DNA from: Ginkgo biloba | Taxonomy: Eukaryota; Plantae; Ginkgophyta | NCBI GenBank assembly: GCA_024626585.2 | Contig: JANKJI020000004.1 | Coordinates: 83,074,759 to 83,091,189, forward strand | DNA: 16,431 nt | Direction: 5' to 3' | Shown here: positions 10,856 through 16,431 of the stretch, one piece after another | How the letters are laid out: each line of letters starts with the position of its first letter | Numbering within the stretch: position 1 is the first letter of the stretch | Notes under the pieces: generated by a model | Seen by the model: only the letters and a program-made list of their open reading frames with translations | What the model was told of the DNA's origin: nothing | Databases searched by the model: none | Program-made: the position numbers and the translations under genes

Positions 10856-11392
10856 CTAGCATGTATATACAAGATATAACCAACATGTATATAAAAGGCA
10901 TGTACGTAAAGAGTATCAAATAATACAACACATGCCCAATAGATCTAACAAACATATAAGAAGGAACCAACAAGCATCTATGTATGTACAAAAAGGAACC
11001 AACATGTATCTACATATATACAATGAAAACTTGGGCATGAATGCTATCCAGCCAACACATATAGATGAGTATGCAAGGAGCATGTAGCATGGTTAACCCA
11101 GAAAACTAATAAAAAATATCTATTAGGAGGAAAAATCGAGAATTAAGAAAGGATATATATAAAAGGTTGTTTCATTATGTTTGAGAAGTGGCAATTCTAC
11201 CTAATAAAGGAGAAATATAATATAAATAGGTGAGTGAACGAGAAAATATTAGTGTGGAAGCACAAAGTATGAGAGACTTTTGGTACTGAGTTACTAATAA
11301 TTGATTTAATGAAATTGTACCAACATCACGCATAATTACTCAATGTGTAATGCATGGAATCTATGTACTCTCATGATTAGGCCCTACGAAAA
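10856..11392 (+). mobile_element. LTR-like repeat, copy B (3' end lost in N gap)
   Basis: Diverged, colinear with ~8552-9200; TATAAATA at 11221-11228. Confidence 0.65.
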
Positions 11393-12340
11393 NNNNNNNN
11401 NNNNNNNNNNNNNNNNNNNNNNNNNNNNNNNNNNNNNNNNNNNNNNNNNNNNNNNNNNNNNNNNNNNNNNNNNNNNNNNNNNNNNNNNNNNNNNNNNNNN
11501 NNNNNNNNNNNNNNNNNNNNNNNNNNNNNNNNNNNNNNNNNNNNNNNNNNNNNNNNNNNNNNNNNNNNNNNNNNNNNNNNNNNNNNNNNNNNNNNNNNNN
11601 NNNNNNNNNNNNNNNNNNNNNNNNNNNNNNNNNNNNNNNNNNNNNNNNNNNNNNNNNNNNNNNNNNNNNNNNNNNNNNNNNNNNNNNNNNNNNNNNNNNN
11701 NNNNNNNNNNNNNNNNNNNNNNNNNNNNNNNNNNNNNNNNNNNNNNNNNNNNNNNNNNNNNNNNNNNNNNNNNNNNNNNNNNNNNNNNNNNNNNNNNNNN
11801 NNNNNNNNNNNNNNNNNNNNNNNNNNNNNNNNNNNNNNNNNNNNNNNNNNNNNNNNNNNNNNNNNNNNNNNNNNNNNNNNNNNNNNNNNNNNNNNNNNNN
11901 NNNNNNNNNNNNNNNNNNNNNNNNNNNNNNNNNNNNNNNNNNNNNNNNNNNNNNNNNNNNNNNNNNNNNNNNNNNNNNNNNNNNNNNNNNNNNNNNNNNN
12001 NNNNNNNNNNNNNNNNNNNNNNNNNNNNNNNNNNNNNNNNNNNNNNNNNNNNNNNNNNNNNNNNNNNNNNNNNNNNNNNNNNNNNNNNNNNNNNNNNNNN
12101 NNNNNNNNNNNNNNNNNNNNNNNNNNNNNNNNNNNNNNNNNNNNNNNNNNNNNNNNNNNNNNNNNNNNNNNNNNNNNNNNNNNNNNNNNNNNNNNNNNNN
12201 NNNNNNNNNNNNNNNNNNNNNNNNNNNNNNNNNNNNNNNNNNNNNNNNNNNNNNNNNNNNNNNNNNNNNNNNNNNNNNNNNNNNNNNNNNNNNNNNNNNN
12301 NNNNNNNNNNNNNNNNNNNNNNNNNNNNNNNNNNNNNNNN
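11393..12340. other. 948-N assembly gap or masked block
   Basis: Continuous N run; produces four spurious 326-349 aa ORFs in the track. Confidence 0.99.
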
Positions 12341-13499
12341 CAAAACGTAATGTCCATCCCACCATCCCCTCAATGATGGCACTATATATGTGTGTGTGTT
12401 TTTAAGATTTGATAGATGGCAGTTATTTGCCACAAGGAAAGTCTAGTATGAAACTAAAATGGCTATGCAACATTTGTAAACCATTAGTTTTAAACAAAGG
12501 TTCTGCAGCTTTGCAAAATGTAAAGATTATTCATTAAAATAATGTTTTTGAAGTTTAAGTATTCTGGATTCATTTCCTAATAAAATTGGGATTATGACAA
12601 GAACAACTGGAANNNNNNNNNNNNNNNNNNNNNNNNNNNNNNNNNTTGCATACAGGAAGTTGAAACATTTATTGAATTTGTTTCCAATCAATTACTGTCA
12701 ACAATCTTGAGAAATATCCAATGAATTTAATAATTGGGCTCAATATAATTGCACTGATTACCCACTTTGCATGTTGGCAAGCAAGGTTGGGAGCAATCTT
12801 TGTTTATATCCTCGTTACCTCAAGAAGTACTTCTCAGCTTCAACACAAACTAACCCTATTGTGTGCTCATATGACTCACTGAACCAGCTAAAATGGAAAA
12901 AACTTGTAATTTTTATTTCCTTTATCTTTTCAAGATTATAGTTCTTTGCTCCGCTTTTCTTATTAAGATGGCACTTCATGTTTCTTACTTTCTACTTTGA
13001 TGGACAGCAAGCCACAGCTAGAGGATAATTACATGCAAGTCAGGGAGAATTTAAACTTTTAAAAAATTCAATTTTTTTTTTTTGGTCGAGTGCTATTTAA
13101 AGTGAGAATTACTGACCTTATAAAACAACTGGTTGGAAAGGGCCCTTGCTACATCACTACACTATGATTACAGACACAAGCAACCCTCGAAAAAAAGACT
13201 GCTTACACAGAGCATTACCCATGACTAGGCAAATTCAATAAAGCAGAGACACCATTCATGATGTTGGTATCTCAAAAAGATTTTGTGTGTAAAAGTGTGT
13301 TTAGTTGGCACCAAGCAGATAGCTAGAGGACAGCCCCCATGAACTCGCAGAATTGGAATAAGATAAGATATTTTAGCAGCTCTCCAATTTCTGTTGTTGG
13401 TTTTGTTACCCCTTAAATAGTGTCCTGTGGTACAATTTATCCAAGGAAGATGACAACAAAACATGCTCCATGCACAAGCAAGATGTCTGATGAAATTGG

Positions 13500-13811
13500 A
13501 AACTAATCAAAATTTAGATAGCCGATAACTAACTTGAAGCAGAGAAGCAGCAATATAGTTCACATTCTCAAGAATGAACTATGCTGCTATTAAATCAACA
13601 GCTAAATGTTATAGCTGTAATGAAAAAATAATTCCTAGTCACTCCCAGGAAACACATTGCCAAATTGCTCTAAAAAATCTGGCAACTGGAAGAATTGAGC
13701 CAAAGATTATCACCCGCTCTAAATGACGGATGTAAATCTGATTGAATGTCTGTGCTCTTATTTCCTATTCACTTTTACCTCAAATCTCTGAACAAACACT
13801 AAAGTATATAA
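13500..13811 (-). other. Probable 3' UTR of PDH E1-alpha (distal end not determinable)
   Basis: Directly follows the TGA stop on - and is U-rich in mRNA sense; the poly(A) site cannot be placed from sequence. Confidence 0.55.
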
Positions 13812-13856
13812 TCAAGCCAATGAAGCTTTCAGTTCCTTTCTATCAGGGCCAAATGC
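13812..13856 (-). CDS. PDH-E1A: PDH E1-alpha terminal coding exon, 14 aa + TGA
   Basis: atctatgcag|GCA...GCT TGA; [14 protein letters not shown]. Confidence 0.95.
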   Translation of the reverse strand, partial: AFGPDRKELKASLA

Positions 13857-14931
13857 CTGCATAGATCAGAAAGTGAGACAAGATTTTTTAGTTTGTGATA
13901 GAAGAACAATAAACTTAAAATATAATATTCCCAGCCCAAAAAGATCGGGAAACGCTGTAACAAATAGCATAACCCGCCCCAAAAGATCAGGAAACATTGT
14001 GTACCTCAACCCCAAGCCCCTTCGCATATACGTGAGCGAAAAGATCTGACGGATCTGGCATTGGACTTTCCTGCTCAATGCAACAACAGAGCATATTTAA
14101 AACACAATTCAAGTCGCAATTTATGGTAAGTTTACAGTTTCTGATATCAGCAAACCTGAAATTACTGAACATTGCCAAATTGAATGAGTAATTTCAACAC
14201 AATTCAAGGCAATCCCAGCTACTTTTTCTGTTTACCTTTGCCTGGGCAATTGCATCATCAACTTGTTTTTTAGCCTCCTTTTCAAAATCCTAATAGAGCC
14301 ACGAGCAAAAGCATTACAACCTTGTAACTTGAACAGCAAATTTTGAGCAATAATGAAAGAGAATGGTAACAGCTGCTGAGAAGCACTTGAACCAAATCAG
14401 AGAAAAATACAGAGGCTGAAAAACATTATGAACCAAATCCATAGTGCACCTTTAATTCAGCTGCTGTGGCTATGTCATTGGATAATACAAGTTTTCTGAC
14501 CCTTTCAATTGGATCACGCTCCTGCTCAGTAACTCACCAATACAATGTACATACTTGGCATTTAGTTGAATCTGCCCTAGAAGCAAGCCTGAATAAAAAG
14601 CAAATTCATCTCTACTGACAGTAATATGCTTGAAGGAACAATCCAGGACAAGTTTGATGCATAAAGGNNNNNNNNNNNNNNNNNNNNNNNNNNNNNNNNN
14701 NNNNNNNNNNNNNNNNNNNNNNNNNNNNNNNNNNNNNNNNNNNNNNNNNNNNNNNNNNNNNNNNNNNTGCTTGAAGGAACAATCCACGACAAGTTTGATG
14801 CATAAAGGTGTGATATCTCAAACAGTGTGCAGTACCTGTCTGACACCTGATATTTCATCTCGAGTTCTGTATGTACTTCCTGGATCTGACATTGAGTGCC
14901 CGTGGTATCTATAAGTATCCATTTCAAGTAT
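13812..14931 (-). CDS. PDH-E1A: Mitochondrial pyruvate dehydrogenase E1 alpha subunit, 3' part; complement(join(13812..13856,14005..14070,14236..14289,14450..14521,14836..14931)); 5' exons outside window
   Basis: Spliced product (333 nt, 110 aa + stop): [32 protein letters not shown]|[24 protein letters not shown]|[18 protein letters not shown]|[22 protein letters not shown]|[14 protein letters not shown]. All introns GT-AG and phase 0; no internal stops. [14 protein letters not shown] is the plant mitochondrial E1-alpha loop (the plastid form has FRGHSLADP). Confidence 0.97.
13930..14000. repeat. Diverged ~28-bp direct repeat in the last PDH intron
   Basis: cccagcccaaaaagatcgggaaacgctgt (13930-13958) vs cccgccccaaaagatcaggaaacattgt (13973-14000). 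Confidence 0.75.
14005..14070 (-). CDS. PDH-E1A: PDH E1-alpha exon, 22 aa
   Basis: cattgagcag|GAA...GAG|gtacac; [22 protein letters not shown] (visible inside ORF 13987..14178). Confidence 0.96.
14236..14289 (-). CDS. PDH-E1A: PDH E1-alpha exon, 18 aa
   Basis: ctctattag|GAT...AAG|gtaaac; [18 protein letters not shown]. Confidence 0.96.
14450..14521 (-). CDS. PDH-E1A: PDH E1-alpha exon, 24 aa
   Basis: actgagcag|GAG...AAG|gtgcac; [24 protein letters not shown]. Confidence 0.96.
14627..14808. repeat. 41-bp duplication flanking a 100-N gap (probable assembly overlap artefact)
   Basis: 14627-14667 and 14768-14808 match at 40/41 positions and directly abut exactly 100 N. Confidence 0.85.
14836..14931 (-). 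CDS. PDH-E1A: PDH E1-alpha exon (phosphorylation loop), 32 aa
   Basis: ttgctttag|ATA...CAG|gtactg; [32 protein letters not shown], including the PDK site-1 Ser in GHSMSD. Confidence 0.98.
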
Positions 14932-16276
14932 CTAAAGCAATTCCAACATAGAACACAGTCAAAAGCATTCAGGACAAAATGTTAGCATTGAAAAGATTTT
15001 CAAAATAATTATTTGTGCATAGATTTACTATAAAAAACAAGCAATCAGTGGAAAAGAATCTCTCTTTTGTATTTGCTTTCTATTGTATTTATATCAAGAT
15101 CAAAATCTCTCAAGCTACCAACAGCATTCACATCCTTTGAGCCCTTCGAGATAGAATGAGATAGAAAGTGGACCACGTATATGTTTGAACGTAGCACTTT
15201 CAGACCCAATTGAACTATTAAATTTTCTTATAGAACTGAGCTCTGTTTTATGACAATAAATCCTGCTCATCACATAAATTGGAATACAACTTGCATCATC
15301 TTTGTTAGGCAATCTTAGGTCTGACGGAGCTGCACATTCAACAATTCCTTCCACCTTTGGAGAAGTTCAAAATGCAGAGTTCNNNNNNNNNNNNNNNNNN
15401 NNNNNNNNNNNNNNNNNNNNTCCAATAGCAAAACTGACAAGCAACAAAAAGGAAGGTTCTAGCCACAATTTGAATTTACTCTCTCACTTGCAATTCCTAG
15501 GCAGACCGAGAACTCTCAACCTGCCATTTAGCTTGAGTCCAAGTAAATTAGAACGTCTCTTTCCAAAGGCAAGACATTGCATCAGTCCCGTATAAGCTTA
15601 TCAACAGCCTGACAAATACAAAACCCCACCAATGAAGACAAAGCCAGCTCCACCATTTAGTAGCCTGAAGTTTAGAGGTTCACTCATCATGGCTCAACAT
15701 GTCCCCATGCTCACCTATAATCTAACATTCTTGTATCAATAGAAGCTCAATCCACTTACTGATGACATCAGATCGAAACAAACATTGTGCCAGCCGCTGG
15801 ATTTGTCACCTTGGAAACATCTGCCAGAGTCATAACTGATACATGTATTTTACTAAACCATTGAAGTGTCTTTTGCAAGCTTCCCTCATCATGTGGGCAG
15901 CTTTGAAGCATAAGCATCTTCACTGTTGCCAGTCTGCCACAGCTGCCTAGTTGATGTTTATTGTAAATTCCACTGCTTGTTGGAGATCTGCAAGAGCAGT
16001 CCTCCAAAGATGAGACTCACATTCAGATTCTTTCTTTCTTCCATCAGCTTCAACAATAGCAGAATCTCCAAATACCACCAGACCTTGATGGCATGATGAG
16101 CTTGATGGCAGCTAGAAGTTAAACTGCTTATGCAACAAGGGGAGAAAGTTGCAGAACCAGGGTCGGTGGAGGCAACTGTCACCAGATACCAAGGAGAAAA
16201 CCTACTGTTCTTCATCAGATTAGCCCATTATATGGATAAACAACTATCTAAATGCAGATGCTGCTACATTTTATAA

Positions 16277-16431
16277 TAGAACTTGGTTACATCTCAGTAA
16301 CCCGATCGCGTATCTAAGTTATCCGGAAACAACTCCTAGGGTCCCAGTTCCATATCTGATCCATTCTGGGATTGGGCACGGCACGGGTACGGTGAGAAAA
16401 TGTTTCCCAGCCGTACCCCGACCATACCCAT
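16277..16431. mobile_element. End of a probable non-autonomous DNA transposon or MITE (hAT-like subterminal repeats) in the PDH intron; truncated by window end
   Basis: Abrupt switch to CpG-rich sequence with inverted repeats GGTTAC/GTAACC (16285-16302) and GGGTACGG/CCGTACCC (16385-16418), and repeated GGCACGG/GGTACGG/ACCCG motifs; starts with TAG at 16277. Other end and TSD not visible. Confidence 0.5.

Noticed and set aside
11343-12433. Four 326-349 aa ORFs in the track
   Set aside because: Almost entirely X from the 948-N gap. The same applies to the other N-spanning ORFs (2107, 5005, 6264, 8630, 9403, 9428, 14470-14927).
12341-13500. Possible convergent gene or exons downstream of PDH, including ORF 13225..13464
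   Set aside because: No paired splice sites with a recognisable translation.
15180-15217. tRNA A-box-like TAGTTCAATTGG and B-box-like GTTCAAAC on - (tRNA or SINE)
   Set aside because: The boxes are only ~15 nt apart, and there is no cloverleaf, tail or TSD.
14932-16431. Expected upstream PDH exon (VDGMD...KFAK...GPI)
   Set aside because: Scanned the minus strand by eye and did not find it; the 38-N gap at 15383-15420 is nominally too small to hold it.

Overview
Eukaryotic land-plant genomic DNA, AT-rich, from a draft assembly with many N gaps. The left ~11.4 kb is decayed transposable elements: a dead Ty3/Gypsy (Tekay/Del-like) pol region (1-2110, +), an LTR-like block with repeated CCGAC motifs upstream of a TATA box (~3870-4676), a dead L1-type LINE ORF2 5' part (5171-6394, +), an Asn/Gln-rich gag-like remnant (~6948-7690, -), and two diverged copies of one LTR-like repeat whose TATA boxes lie 2200 bp apart. 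After a 948-N gap, the right side holds the 3' part of an apparently intact mitochondrial pyruvate dehydrogenase E1-alpha gene on the - strand. Its five short phase-0 GT-AG exons (14931-13812; 110 aa + stop) are almost entirely missed by the ORF track and include the [10 protein letters not shown] phosphorylation loop. The upstream exons lie outside the window. Nearly all ORF-track entries are spurious. I cannot support a new biological system here. The best leads are a run of strand-biased hairpins in the PDH 3' UTR, a possible poison exon next to a weak acceptor, a DRE/CRT-rich LTR promoter, and weak intronic C/D-box pairs. All calls come from manual translation and recalled consensus motifs, not database searches.
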